DNA of 64,000 nt from Actinomycetota bacterium (lineage in GTDB: Bacteria; Actinomycetota; Acidimicrobiia; Acidimicrobiales; MedAcidi-G1), in contig PBLL01000039.1 of assembly GCA_002721755.1 (NCBI GenBank), positions 2,089 to 66,088 on the forward strand, written 5' to 3'. The first letter of the stretch is position 1. The number at the start of each line of letters is the position of its first letter. Position numbers and translations under genes: made by a program. The notes beneath the pieces are model-generated. The model saw only the letters and a list, made by a program, of their open reading frames with translations. It did no database searches and was not told the DNA's origin. This document shows positions 18,191 through 28,296 of this stretch, in pieces.

Positions 18191-18976
18191 ATGGGAAAAA
18201 CATCTTTAAAAGTAGGCGTTTTAGGTGCAGCAGGTCGCATGGGTCAATCTGTGTGTTCTGCTGTTATGCAAGGTGAATCCATGGAGCTTGTAGCTGCTGT
18301 GGACTTGACTTCCGGTGATGCAGAAGTGAACTCTGGTGGTGTTCCACTCACGACTGAAATAAGTGACTTTTTTAAGGCAGAAGCCGATGTAGTAGTTGAT
18401 TTTACAGTAGCTGAATCTTCAAGAAGCAATTTGCCACTGTTGGCAGAAGAAGGAATTGATGTGGTCGTGGGAACAAGTGGGCTCACCGAACAAGATTTTC
18501 GATCTTTTGAAGAAATATTTGATCAAAGCAGTTGCTTGATAGTCCCCAATTTTGCAATAGGTGCAGTACTGATGATGCATTTTGCGGCTATAGCTTCGCC
18601 ATGGTTCAACACAGCAGAAATAATCGAGTATCACCACAACCAGAAAGTGGACGCACCGTCTGGCACTGCCCTAGCTACTGCAGAAAGGATGCACGCAGCT
18701 TCCGATCAATGGGAAAACGATCCGACAGTCAAAGAAAACGTTCCGGGAGCTAGAGGAGCAAAACTAGAGGAAATATCTATACACGCAGTTCGAATGCAAG
18801 GAATGGTCGCCCATCAAGAAGTGATACTGGGTTCAACAGGTCAAACATTGACTATACGTCATGACTCAACTGACCGAGAGTCGTTTATGCCAGGAGTAGT
18901 ACTGTCCATTCGAGGAATAGGCGCTCTTCCAAATGGATTAACCATTGGCATAGAAAAATTGCTTGGAATTGAATGA
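18191..18976 (+). CDS. dapB: 4-hydroxy-tetrahydrodipicolinate reductase
   Basis: GAAGRMG, EYHHNQKVDAPSGTA; start likely ATG 18191. Confidence 0.96.
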   Translation: MGKTSLKVGVLGAAGRMGQSVCSAVMQGESMELVAAVDLTSGDAEVNSGGVPLTTEISDFFKAEADVVVDFTVAESSRSNLPLLAEEGIDVVVGTSGLTEQDFRSFEEIFDQSSCLIVPNFAIGAVLMMHFAAIASPWFNTAEIIEYHHNQKVDAPSGTALATAERMHAASDQWENDPTVKENVPGARGAKLEEISIHAVRMQGMVAHQEVILGSTGQTLTIRHDSTDRESFMPGVVLSIRGIGALPNGLTIGIEKLLGIE

Positions 18977-19701
18977 TTATTGGATACCGACGTTTATTAA
19001 AACCAAGTTGGATAATTTCACACATTTTTGTAATAGCACTCGTTGTTTCAACTATTAATCTAGGTTTTTGGCAACTTCGCAGACTAGAAGACCGTAAGTT
19101 GGTCAACTCGCAGGTGGCAGAAGTCTTGAATCGCGACCCCATCGCAATAGATGTCATACTTCCAGAAGAAAAGAATCAATATCAGAATTACCTGCCGGTT
19201 ACCGCCAAAGGAACTTTTGACGGGAATCGGCAACTGTACTTGATCAACAGGTCCCGTGATGGGGCACCAGGAGTCGAAGTTGTAACTCTCTTCGCTCTCT
19301 CAAGAAATCCGGTTTCTTTTGTAGCAGTTAATAGGGGGTATTTGCCAAGTAAAATTTTCAATGAATTTAACTCACACAGCTGGGAACCAGATACACAAGA
19401 AATTGAAATTAATGGATTTGTTATGCTGCCTTTCCTTGATGGGAAATTACAGGGTAAAGAGATAAATAGAATAGATTTGGATTTATTAAGCGATGAATGG
19501 GGAGTGCCATTATTGCCTGTATACCTTCAGCAAAGTCAGAAACTTACGGATCGATGGCCAGTCGAGCTTGAGGTGCCTGAACTAACAGAAGGTCCACATC
19601 TCGGTTATGCCGTTCAGTGGTTTATTTTTTCAGCAATAGGTTTAATTGGTTACCCTTTAGTTCTTAGACGCGTCGTAGCGGATGATCGACTGGTAGCGTG
19701 A
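18973..19701 (+). CDS. SURF1-family membrane protein
   Basis: LGFWQLRRL, VNRGY and HLGYAVQWF motifs. Confidence 0.9.
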   Translation: MIIGYRRLLKPSWIISHIFVIALVVSTINLGFWQLRRLEDRKLVNSQVAEVLNRDPIAIDVILPEEKNQYQNYLPVTAKGTFDGNRQLYLINRSRDGAPGVEVVTLFALSRNPVSFVAVNRGYLPSKIFNEFNSHSWEPDTQEIEINGFVMLPFLDGKLQGKEINRIDLDLLSDEWGVPLLPVYLQQSQKLTDRWPVELEVPELTEGPHLGYAVQWFIFSAIGLIGYPLVLRRVVADDRLVA

Positions 19702-19705
19702 TTAC

Positions 19706-20353
19706 ATGTCAAATATAAGTGATAGTGGCCTGCTTGCATTACAAGCAATCAGAGTTAAGGGATTCGCTGCTACTGAAGTTGTATCCGAGAGTGTTGCATT
19801 GAGCGAAGAAGAGACTCTAAAAATACTCAATGAATTTGCTGATGAGGGGAAAGTCATCTACAGGGAAAATCAGGCTATGTGGATGCTTACACCAGATGGA
19901 AGATCTTACGGTGAAAAGCTTCTCGCATCTGAAGTTGATAGTTTGGGAATCCGATCAGAAATAGATAGTTCTTATAAGGAATTTTTGCAAGTTAACGCAG
20001 GTTTTTTGGTTCTGTGCACTGATTGGCAACTTAGACCATCGTCCGAAGGAAGTGATGGAGAGCCGGTAATAAATGATCATTCTGATTCTGAATATGATCG
20101 GGAAGTTATAAACCGGTTAGTTGAGTTGGACAACCATGTGCAGCCTATTTGTGCAGCCCTAAAAGATAATTTAGAACGTTTCGCAACTTACGGTGACCGT
20201 TTCACTTATGCTTTGAAACTGGTTTTGGACGGTGAAGTTGATTGGTTCACCAAGCCTATGATTGAGTCATATCACACTGTGTGGTTTGAATTGCATGAAA
20301 ATCTTTTGTCAACGCTTGGGATAGATAGAGCATCAGAAAGCTCGTCGGAATAG
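19706..20353 (+). CDS. Conserved actinobacterial wHTH protein resembling mycobacterial Rv1126c
   Basis: LQAIRVKG N-terminus, TDWQL, NDHSD.EYD and ESYHTVWFELHE motifs recognised from that family. Confidence 0.65.
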   Translation: MSNISDSGLLALQAIRVKGFAATEVVSESVALSEEETLKILNEFADEGKVIYRENQAMWMLTPDGRSYGEKLLASEVDSLGIRSEIDSSYKEFLQVNAGFLVLCTDWQLRPSSEGSDGEPVINDHSDSEYDREVINRLVELDNHVQPICAALKDNLERFATYGDRFTYALKLVLDGEVDWFTKPMIESYHTVWFELHENLLSTLGIDRASESSSE

Positions 20354-20366
20354 GAAAGGAAATATC

Positions 20367-21254
20367 ATGACACCACGTTTTGGCAGGGTATTAACAGCTA
20401 TGATTTCGCCTTTCACAGAAGACGGCTCGCTGGATATCGACGGGGCCCAAACACTGGCAAAATGGCTTGTAGAACAAGGGAATGAAGGTTTGGTGATAGC
20501 AGGTACAACCGGTGAGTCCCCAACTCTTACTCATGAGGAGCAAATAAACCTAATTGATGCTGTGGTTGAGTCGGTTGATGTGCCTGTAATAGCTGGAGCG
20601 GGCAGTAATGACACTAAAGCTGCTGTTGAACTAACAGAACGCTGTACTGAAGTTGGAGCCTCCGGAATTCTTACAGTTACTCCTTATTACAACAGACCTT
20701 CGCAGTTGGGTTTGCTAGCACATTTCTCTGCAGTAGCACAAGCAACGGATCTACCGGTGATGCTCTACGACATCCCGATCAGATCAGGAAGAAAAATTGA
20801 CACTTCCACAATTTTGCAACTAGCAGATGAGGTAGAAAATATTGTTGCTTTAAAAGATGCAGCAGGAGATGTCGCAGAGACCGCCAGATTGATAGCTGCC
20901 GCTCCGGAAGGTTTCGAGGTTTACAGTGGAGAAGACTCGCTTACTTTGCCTCTTCTTTCAGTAGGGGCTGTCGGAACAGTAAGTGTCGCCTCACACTGGT
21001 GCACGCCTGAAACGTCTGAGTTGATGAAAGCTTTTTTTGGAGGAGATTTCGTTCGGGCATCTGAAATTAATCGAAAATTGCTACCTTCATATGACTTTGA
21101 ATCTGGTGATTTGACCCCAAATCCAATACCCACAAAAGCAATGATGAAAATACTTGATTTACCAGGAGGCGATTGTCGTTTGCCTATGGGACCTGAACCA
21201 GAATTGTTATCTGAAAAAGCGCGCGGGATTTTAAGTGGCTTAGGACGCGGTTAA
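20367..21254 (+). CDS. dapA: 4-hydroxy-tetrahydrodipicolinate synthase
   Basis: GTTGESPTL, TPYYNRP, LYDIP.R, LKDA, NPIPTK. Confidence 0.96.
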   Translation: MTPRFGRVLTAMISPFTEDGSLDIDGAQTLAKWLVEQGNEGLVIAGTTGESPTLTHEEQINLIDAVVESVDVPVIAGAGSNDTKAAVELTERCTEVGASGILTVTPYYNRPSQLGLLAHFSAVAQATDLPVMLYDIPIRSGRKIDTSTILQLADEVENIVALKDAAGDVAETARLIAAAPEGFEVYSGEDSLTLPLLSVGAVGTVSVASHWCTPETSELMKAFFGGDFVRASEINRKLLPSYDFESGDLTPNPIPTKAMMKILDLPGGDCRLPMGPEPELLSEKARGILSGLGRG

Positions 21255-21272
21255 ATAACAAGAAGTGAAGTT

Positions 21273-22928
21273 TTGAATAGTCCTATACATATAACCTTCC
21301 TCGGTGGGCTTGGTGAAATAGGAAGAAATTGTGCGGCAATTGAAGAAGATGGTCGCATCGTACTCCTTGATTGCGGGCAGTTATTTCCTTATAGGCATCC
21401 TGGTGTTACCTCAATTCTCCCAGACTTAGGATGGCTTCTCGAAAGAAAAGGCGACATCGAAGCATGTATTTTAAGTCACTCGCATGAAGACCATGTTGGT
21501 GGAATACCTTTTCTGTTCCGCCAAATCTCGGTACCTATCTACGGCTCGCCTTTCACTGTTGGAATGGTCAAGTCAAAGTTAGAAAGTCATGAAGTTCAGA
21601 TTCCTTCATTTGTGGTAGTGAAAGACAATGAAATTCATGAAATAGGGCCATTCGAATGTGAATTTTTACCTGTGACTCATTCGACTCCCGGTGGTTTGAT
21701 GACTGCGTTTAGGACTTCTCAAGGAGTTGTTCTGCATTCCAGTGACTTCAAACTTGACCCAACTCCCGTAGATGGACGTCTCACGGATTTGAGCAGAGTT
21801 TCTGAAATATCTAAAAAAGAGGGGATTCGTCTATTGCTGGCGGATTCGACAAATTCTGAAAGTGTTGGTGAGTCTCTCTCGGAATCAGAAATAGGTCCCA
21901 TAATCGAGGACATTTTTCATGAAAACATAGGACGCCGGATAATTGTCGGAACGTTTTCAAGTCATATTCATAGGATTCAACAAATAGCTGATGCGGCAGC
22001 AAAAACCGATCGTAAGTTAGCTGTATTAGGGCCCTCAATGATAAGAAACGTATCTCTGGCTCGAGAATTGGATCTATTGAGGGTATCTGACCGAATGCTG
22101 TTGACGGAAAAAGAACTAAAGAATTCTGAACCAGGGAAAGTCTGTATTGTTTGTACAGGTTCACAAGGTGAGTCAAGGGCAGCGATTTCTATGATGTCTG
22201 AAGGTAGGCACCCTGTGATTGAAATAAATCAAAATGACACAGTAATTTTTTCTTCTTCTCCGATACCTGGGAATGAGGCGTCTATTTTTAAAATCCATAA
22301 TCATTTAGCGCGCTTAGGAGCTCAAGTTATTCACAGTGGAAAGTTGAAGATCCATACAACTGGACATGGCAAAGCAGGGGAGTTGTTGGCATTGCATGAA
22401 GCAAGCAGTCCTGAGCTTTTTATTCCAGTTCACGGGGAATATACGCATTTGTTAGCACATGAATCAATCGCTCTGGATAGAGGAATGGATAAATCTAAGG
22501 TTCTTAGTTGTGTAGATGGAGACAGGGTTTGTTTGGATGAAAACGGTATTCAAGTTGAGGGTCGGGTAAGCGATGCTTACCTGATGGTAGATGCACGAGG
22601 TGTTGAAGTCAGCAGTGCGTTGGTCGATCAACGGATTTCTCTAGGCTTTGAAGGTTTTGTTTTAGTGCGACTGTCCATAGACAAAAATAAGAAAAAGCTT
22701 TCAGAAGACCCTTTTGTTGAGACCTTCGGTTGGATTGAGTCAGAGGACAAAGTTGGTTGGGTTGAAGAAATCATTGACGAGGTAAAAGAAGTTATCGCTA
22801 ATGCACTGAAAGATGGTTTATGCGATCAAAAGGAGTTGACAAGACTTGTTCGAAGAACGGTCGGGAAGTTAGTTGACCTAGAAACTGGACGTCGTCCTGT
22901 ACTTATTCCACTGGTGGAAATCAACTAA
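21273..22928 (+). CDS. rnj: Ribonuclease J
   Basis: LGGLGEIGRN, HSHEDH, TGSQGE and PVHGEY; dapA-rnj synteny. Confidence 0.95.
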   Translation: MNSPIHITFLGGLGEIGRNCAAIEEDGRIVLLDCGQLFPYRHPGVTSILPDLGWLLERKGDIEACILSHSHEDHVGGIPFLFRQISVPIYGSPFTVGMVKSKLESHEVQIPSFVVVKDNEIHEIGPFECEFLPVTHSTPGGLMTAFRTSQGVVLHSSDFKLDPTPVDGRLTDLSRVSEISKKEGIRLLLADSTNSESVGESLSESEIGPIIEDIFHENIGRRIIVGTFSSHIHRIQQIADAAAKTDRKLAVLGPSMIRNVSLARELDLLRVSDRMLLTEKELKNSEPGKVCIVCTGSQGESRAAISMMSEGRHPVIEINQNDTVIFSSSPIPGNEASIFKIHNHLARLGAQVIHSGKLKIHTTGHGKAGELLALHEASSPELFIPVHGEYTHLLAHESIALDRGMDKSKVLSCVDGDRVCLDENGIQVEGRVSDAYLMVDARGVEVSSALVDQRISLGFEGFVLVRLSIDKNKKKLSEDPFVETFGWIESEDKVGWVEEIIDEVKEVIANALKDGLCDQKELTRLVRRTVGKLVDLETGRRPVLIPLVEIN

Positions 22929-22994
22929 AAATATCAATGGATACCTTCTATCACCCCCTAGTGGTACCGTAAAACTGTTGTAGTAAAGGTTTCT

Positions 22995-25427
22995 ATGGGC
23001 GAAGAAAAATCTGGCAATCTTAATTCTGGCGCCGGTGCTGCTAAAAATGGAAAATCAGCACCGGCAGCTAAAGGACCTCCTGATCAGGGAAGTGCTTTCA
23101 AGAGATTTTTTAAGACCGCTTTCGCGGGACGAGGAAACGAGATGTTGGGTCTCGGACTTGTGCTGGGTGGTCTTTTGGCAGGTCTTTCGATTTACCTAGA
23201 ACAGGCTGGTCCAGTTGGTGACGTAGTTGACGGGGCAGCTGGATGGACAATTGGAATCATTAAACTTGCCTTACCTGTTTTGATGGTTGTGACGGGCTTG
23301 GCGATGTTCAGAGAGCGCTCAGAATTTGGCGAAATTACCAAACGTTTACCTGTTGGACTGTTTCTCGGTCTTGTAGGTATTTCCGGCTTACTCCATTTAG
23401 GTCGAGGGCGTCCAGGTATTGGTGATGGAGTAGATGAGCTTGGAGCGGCGGGAGGAGTGTTGGGTCTTTCTGCGGGCGGGGGATTAAAAGCAGCCATAGG
23501 AACATGGGGATCTGTTTTGGTGCTTGTGGCGTTTGTTTTGGTTTCTGTAGTGGTTGCGACAAGAGTTTCAGCGCGAGAGGTGGCGAGAATAACTGGAAAG
23601 GGTGCTTTATTAGCAAGTAAGCAACTTTTGAAAGGTGTTGTATTAGTTTTGGTTTCACTTAGTCGCGCTCTAATGAATTGGATAAGAGGTTTATTGACAC
23701 CGCCTGGTTCATCGGAACAAAGACAGATGCCGGTTGAAATTAAAGAAGAAAGTAGCGTCCAGGAAGATTCCACAACAGAAACAGTTGTGGAAAATGTAGT
23801 TAAGGCTCAAAAAGAGTCCAAACCTAGAAAGAAAAAAACAAAACCAAAGGTGACCATTAATGGGGGTGAGCAGCTAACGATCCAGTTAGGTAAGGCAGTA
23901 GAGGGGTCTTCTTGGTCGCTGCCTTCTCTAGACATACTTTCAACAAGTGACACCCACGATGTGGATGCCAAAGCTGCCGAAGAACGTGGAAAGAGACTTC
24001 AGGAAGCTTTAGAAGCCCATGGTGTCGACACTCGTCTGGTTGACATGACAATAGGTCCAACGGTTACTAGATATGCGCTGCAACTAGGTGAGGGTGTCAA
24101 GGTTTCACGCATCACAAGTCTGAATAAAGACATAGCATATGCATTGGCAGCTGCCGATGTTCGAATTTTGGCGCCAATACCGGGTCAACAGGCTATTGGT
24201 ATTGAAGTTCCAAATGAAGATAGAGAAGTTGTTGCTCTGGGCGACATTTTGACTTCAAAGGAATCCAAAAAAGCCACGCATCCTCTTGACCTTGCTGTCG
24301 GGAGGGATATCAAGGGTCAAACTTTGATGCTAAACCTTGCTACAACTCCTCACCTTCTCATCGCTGGTGCTACAGGAGCTGGAAAATCTTCTTGTATTAA
24401 TGCGATGGTTACCTCTGTTTTGATGCGAACTACACCTGACCAGGTCAGACTTATTCTCATCGATCCAAAGCGTGTAGAAATGGGTCAATATGAAGGTGTT
24501 CCACATCTCCTGACAGCTCCTGTGACAGATCCCAAGAAGGCGGCAAATGCTTTGCATTGGGCTGTACGGGAAATGGAGAGACGTTATGACATTTTGTCTA
24601 ATTGTGGTTATAGGGACATAGGGGGATACAACGCAGCATATGATCGTGATGAGTTGCCTGAAACAAATTTTGGTGAAGACAACTCTATTGAGTATGAAAG
24701 ATTGCCTTTCATCATGGTTGTAGTTGACGAGTTGTCTGACTTGATGATGGTTGCTGCTCGCGATGTAGAAGATTCAATTTGCAGATTGGCACAGATGGCT
24801 AGGGCAGTTGGCATACATTTAGTGGTAGCAACCCAACGACCTTCTGTGAATGTTATAACGGGTGTGATTAAAGCAAATATTCCCGCTCGATTGGCTTTTG
24901 CAGTTTCCAGTCTTGCTGACAGCAGGGTCATATTGGACCAACAAGGAGCCGAAAGACTTGTAGGAAAAGGTGACATGCTTCTACTGGGTCCCACTTCAAG
25001 CACTCCTCAGCGCATACAAGGGGCCTGGGTTGAAGAAAGTGAAGTGCGTGAAATAGTTGCGGCCTGGAAGGCTCAAATTGATAACAAAAAAGAAGAACAA
25101 GAGGAGCAAGGTTTACCTGACTTGGCGGATGATTCCGTTTCAGGCGAATCAGTTACGGATATAACTGATGATTTTTCTCGGCCTGTCTCGAATTCTTTCG
25201 AGCAAGATGACGAGTTGTATGAAGAGGCTAGAAGTTTGGTCATTTCTAGCCAACTTGGGTCAACCTCGATGCTCCAGAGGAAGTTGCGTGTTGGATTCGC
25301 TAGGGCCGGACGTTTGATGGATCTACTAGAAGAGTCAGGTGTGGTTGGTCCTTCTTCAGGTTCAAAAGCTCGAGAGGTTCTTATCGCTTCGGAAGAGTAT
25401 GAAACTACAAACGAAGAAGACTTCTAA
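22995..25427 (+). CDS. ftsK: DNA translocase FtsK
   Basis: N-terminal TMs, PHLLIAGATGAGKS, ATQRPS, C-terminal gamma domain (SMLQRKLRVGFARAGR). Confidence 0.97.
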   Translation: MGEEKSGNLNSGAGAAKNGKSAPAAKGPPDQGSAFKRFFKTAFAGRGNEMLGLGLVLGGLLAGLSIYLEQAGPVGDVVDGAAGWTIGIIKLALPVLMVVTGLAMFRERSEFGEITKRLPVGLFLGLVGISGLLHLGRGRPGIGDGVDELGAAGGVLGLSAGGGLKAAIGTWGSVLVLVAFVLVSVVVATRVSAREVARITGKGALLASKQLLKGVVLVLVSLSRALMNWIRGLLTPPGSSEQRQMPVEIKEESSVQEDSTTETVVENVVKAQKESKPRKKKTKPKVTINGGEQLTIQLGKAVEGSSWSLPSLDILSTSDTHDVDAKAAEERGKRLQEALEAHGVDTRLVDMTIGPTVTRYALQLGEGVKVSRITSLNKDIAYALAAADVRILAPIPGQQAIGIEVPNEDREVVALGDILTSKESKKATHPLDLAVGRDIKGQTLMLNLATTPHLLIAGATGAGKSSCINAMVTSVLMRTTPDQVRLILIDPKRVEMGQYEGVPHLLTAPVTDPKKAANALHWAVREMERRYDILSNCGYRDIGGYNAAYDRDELPETNFGEDNSIEYERLPFIMVVVDELSDLMMVAARDVEDSICRLAQMARAVGIHLVVATQRPSVNVITGVIKANIPARLAFAVSSLADSRVILDQQGAERLVGKGDMLLLGPTSSTPQRIQGAWVEESEVREIVAAWKAQIDNKKEEQEEQGLPDLADDSVSGESVTDITDDFSRPVSNSFEQDDELYEEARSLVISSQLGSTSMLQRKLRVGFARAGRLMDLLEESGVVGPSSGSKAREVLIASEEYETTNEEDF

Positions 25428-25450
25428 GGTGTCATCAACTTAGGTAATCT

Positions 25451-26422
25451 TTGATTGTGTTTAAAGATTTTTCGGTTCTGATTCTCGGACTTTGCATATT
25501 AGTTTTTGCAGCAGATCAATTTTTGAATGGTGCAGCACGTTTAGCCGAAAGATTTAAGGTCCCTAAAGCACTTGTGGGTGCTCTGTTGGTCGGATTTGGT
25601 ACAAGCGCACCGGAATTAGCTGCATCTCTTACCGCTGTATTTCGACAAGAGGTTGGTGGTGTGGAATTGGCTGTTGGAAACATAGTCGGATCTAACGTCG
25701 CTAATCTCGGCTTAGTTTTAGCTATACCGGTTCTAATTTGGGGCAATGTCGTTCCTCCTCATGGAACAAAGGAACAGGCTGGGTATTCATTCATAGGGTC
25801 CTTGCTTTTCGCTGCTGCTGTGTACTTTAATTTGGACTCTGCAATATCGGGTATCGCACTTTTTCTGTTTTTTTGTTTAACCAATTATCTAATTTTCCGT
25901 TATTTCCGAAGATCAGGCGTGTTTCCTCCCAATCCTCCAAGAAAACATAGTTGGTCTTTATCTAGGGAAATTATTGTCATGTTCATAGGTCTTTTGTTGA
26001 CAGTTTTGTCGCCTCGCTGGATTGTAAGTTCAGCGGTTTCGATAGGAAACGAATTCGGTTGGGAAGGTGGTTTCATAGGTTTTTCATTAGTCGCAATCGG
26101 AACGTCCTTGCCAGAGTTGGTTACTTCATTAGTGGGAGCCCGCAGAGGGGAATGGGGATTGATTATAGGAAACCTTTTTGGGTCAAACATTTTCAATAGC
26201 TTGGGTGTTGGAAGTGCAATAATGATTTCCCATGCAGGTTTGGGGCGATCTTCAGAACAGCCTTTTATGGATGGTTCGGTTCTAATAGGTATGTGTCTTC
26301 TGTGCCTGTTCGCTTTCTGGATGATGAGAAAACCAATAGCAATTTCAAAGTGGAACTCCTTACCCTTATTGCTTATTTATGCACTTTTGTTCTTGCAAAT
26401 GATAAGAACTCTTGCCGGTTGA
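25451..26422 (+). CDS. Calcium/sodium antiporter (YrbG family)
   Basis: Two alpha-repeats: GTSAPE..GNIVGSN and GTSLPE..GNLFGSN; start may be GTG 25457. Confidence 0.9.
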   Translation: MIVFKDFSVLILGLCILVFAADQFLNGAARLAERFKVPKALVGALLVGFGTSAPELAASLTAVFRQEVGGVELAVGNIVGSNVANLGLVLAIPVLIWGNVVPPHGTKEQAGYSFIGSLLFAAAVYFNLDSAISGIALFLFFCLTNYLIFRYFRRSGVFPPNPPRKHSWSLSREIIVMFIGLLLTVLSPRWIVSSAVSIGNEFGWEGGFIGFSLVAIGTSLPELVTSLVGARRGEWGLIIGNLFGSNIFNSLGVGSAIMISHAGLGRSSEQPFMDGSVLIGMCLLCLFAFWMMRKPIAISKWNSLPLLLIYALLFLQMIRTLAG

Positions 26423-26458
26423 TCGATTCTTAGCTTTCTTTGCGTCTAGCCTGAAATA

Positions 26459-27703
26459 ATGTCAATAGGTTCAAAATTTCATCTTGTTACCCTTGGTTGC
26501 CCAAAAAACGAAGTTGATTCAGAGAAAATCGCAGGGACGTTATTTGCAGAAGGGATGAAATCCACGGATGATTTGAACGATGCAGACCTAATAGTTGTCA
26601 ATACCTGTGCTTTTGTTGAAGAAGCTCGAGAAGAATCTATCGAGACGATTTTAAATATTGCTGAACTTCGAAATGAAGAAAGCAAAATTGTTGTAACCGG
26701 TTGCATGGCCGAGAGATATGGAAAGGAAATGCAGGATTCGCTTCCAGAAGTCGACCATGTAGCAGGCTTTGGTGTTCCAGTTTCTTTGACTAGGAAAGCT
26801 GATGTTCCTGAATTGGATCTTTTGAACCTTCCTCGCCCTGCTTCTGGAAAGCCATGGGCGTATCTTAAGATAGCGGAGGGTTGCGATAGGGCATGTGGAT
26901 ATTGTTCCATTCCGTCTTTCAGAGGACCACAACGAAGTAGGTCAATTAGTTCGATCATCGAAGAGGTTGATGCATTAGAGGTAAAGGAAGTAGTTCTTGT
27001 TGCTCAAGATCTTGCAGCCTTTGGAAGAGATCAAGGTATTGGCGAGAAGTCAGTAATTCCCTTGATAGAGGAAATTGTTAAAAAAGTTGAATGGGTGAGG
27101 CTTCTTTATCTCTATCCATCAGAATTAAATCAGCGTCTTATAGACGTAATCAGTTGTTTAACAGTCCCTTATTTCGATCTTTCTTTACAGCATGTTTCAC
27201 CACCTCTTCTTAGAAAGATGAAACGTTGGGGTAGTGATGCACGATTTAGGGATTTGATATTTAGAATCAGAGAAAATTGCCCAGAAGCTGTATTTCGTTC
27301 AAATTTCATCGTGGGATACCCAGGGGAAACTGAAGAAGATCACGATCAGTTGATTGAATTTATTCAGGAGATGCGTTTGGACTGGTGTGGGTTTTTTCCT
27401 TTCAGTAATGAGGAAGGTACCTATGCTTCAGATCTTGATGGGAAAGTTGATAGATCGTTAATTGTGGAGAGATTAAAAGAACTTGGTTCCTTACAAGATG
27501 AGATAACCGCCTCGAAAAGAGACGCTCTGATCGGTGAAAAGGTTTCTGTTCTTGTTGATTCATTTGGTGTTGGAAGAACATATCGAGAGGCGCCAGAGAT
27601 AGATGGGATTGTTTCTGTCCCGGATTCTTGCAAAGTGGGGGAGTTTGTTGATTTGATTGTAAAAGGAGCTACAGGACCAGACTTGGAGGCGGATTTGTTT
27701 TGA
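26459..27703 (+). CDS. rimO: Ribosomal protein S12 methylthiotransferase
   Basis: LGCPKNEVDSE, CDRACGYC radical-SAM motif, APEIDG TRAM. Confidence 0.95.
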   Translation: MSIGSKFHLVTLGCPKNEVDSEKIAGTLFAEGMKSTDDLNDADLIVVNTCAFVEEAREESIETILNIAELRNEESKIVVTGCMAERYGKEMQDSLPEVDHVAGFGVPVSLTRKADVPELDLLNLPRPASGKPWAYLKIAEGCDRACGYCSIPSFRGPQRSRSISSIIEEVDALEVKEVVLVAQDLAAFGRDQGIGEKSVIPLIEEIVKKVEWVRLLYLYPSELNQRLIDVISCLTVPYFDLSLQHVSPPLLRKMKRWGSDARFRDLIFRIRENCPEAVFRSNFIVGYPGETEEDHDQLIEFIQEMRLDWCGFFPFSNEEGTYASDLDGKVDRSLIVERLKELGSLQDEITASKRDALIGEKVSVLVDSFGVGRTYREAPEIDGIVSVPDSCKVGEFVDLIVKGATGPDLEADLF

Positions 27704-28287
27704 ATTATCGAGACGAAACTTCCAGACACCCATTGGCTACTGTTGTAAGCCCTGCGAACTTGGTTTCCCTTGCACGGTTGCTGCTTTCTCCTTTGCTGTT
27801 TTTAGCAGTTTTGAACGCAGATGAGAGTCTCGGAACTTCTTGGATGGCAGTTTTTTGGGGTTTCACTTTGGCGGCATCAGATGTTTTGGATGGTCATCTC
27901 GCTCGAATGCGAGGGACTGTAAGCAAGTGGGGTGCTTTCATTGATCCCCTCGCAGACAAGGTTGTAGTTATAGGTACAGCGTTATGTTTAGTGGATGTTC
28001 AAAGGTTTCAGCTTTTGCCTGTTTTAATTCTTGCTGGTAGAGAGATTTTCATTACTCTTTATCGATTGCAGGTGGCAAGACAAGGTTTGGCAATCCCAGC
28101 CCGTAAATCTGCAAAATGGAAAACAAGCATTCAAGGTATTGCCCTAATGATTGCTGTGATGCCTCCATTGGAAGAGTCGCAATGGGTCGTCGATTTCGGT
28201 ATCTGGGTAGCTGTTGTGTTTACTGTTGTTACAGGGATTCAATATCTGATGGATGGCATTCTTGCGACTAGCAGTACAGGTGAATAA
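27700..28287 (+). CDS. pgsA: CDP-diacylglycerol--glycerol-3-phosphate phosphatidyltransferase
   Basis: DVLDGHLAR...GAFIDPLADK; rimO-pgsA-cinA synteny. Confidence 0.88.
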   Translation: MNYRDETSRHPLATVVSPANLVSLARLLLSPLLFLAVLNADESLGTSWMAVFWGFTLAASDVLDGHLARMRGTVSKWGAFIDPLADKVVVIGTALCLVDVQRFQLLPVLILAGREIFITLYRLQVARQGLAIPARKSAKWKTSIQGIALMIAVMPPLEESQWVVDFGIWVAVVFTVVTGIQYLMDGILATSSTGE

Positions 28288-28296
28288 GGTTTTTCC

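Noticed and set aside
23192-23773. Long antisense ORFs (193 aa opposite ftsK; also 26479-26958, 37592-38062, 49321-49809, 55666-56175)
   Set aside because: They are shadow frames of well-conserved genes with no recognisable motifs.
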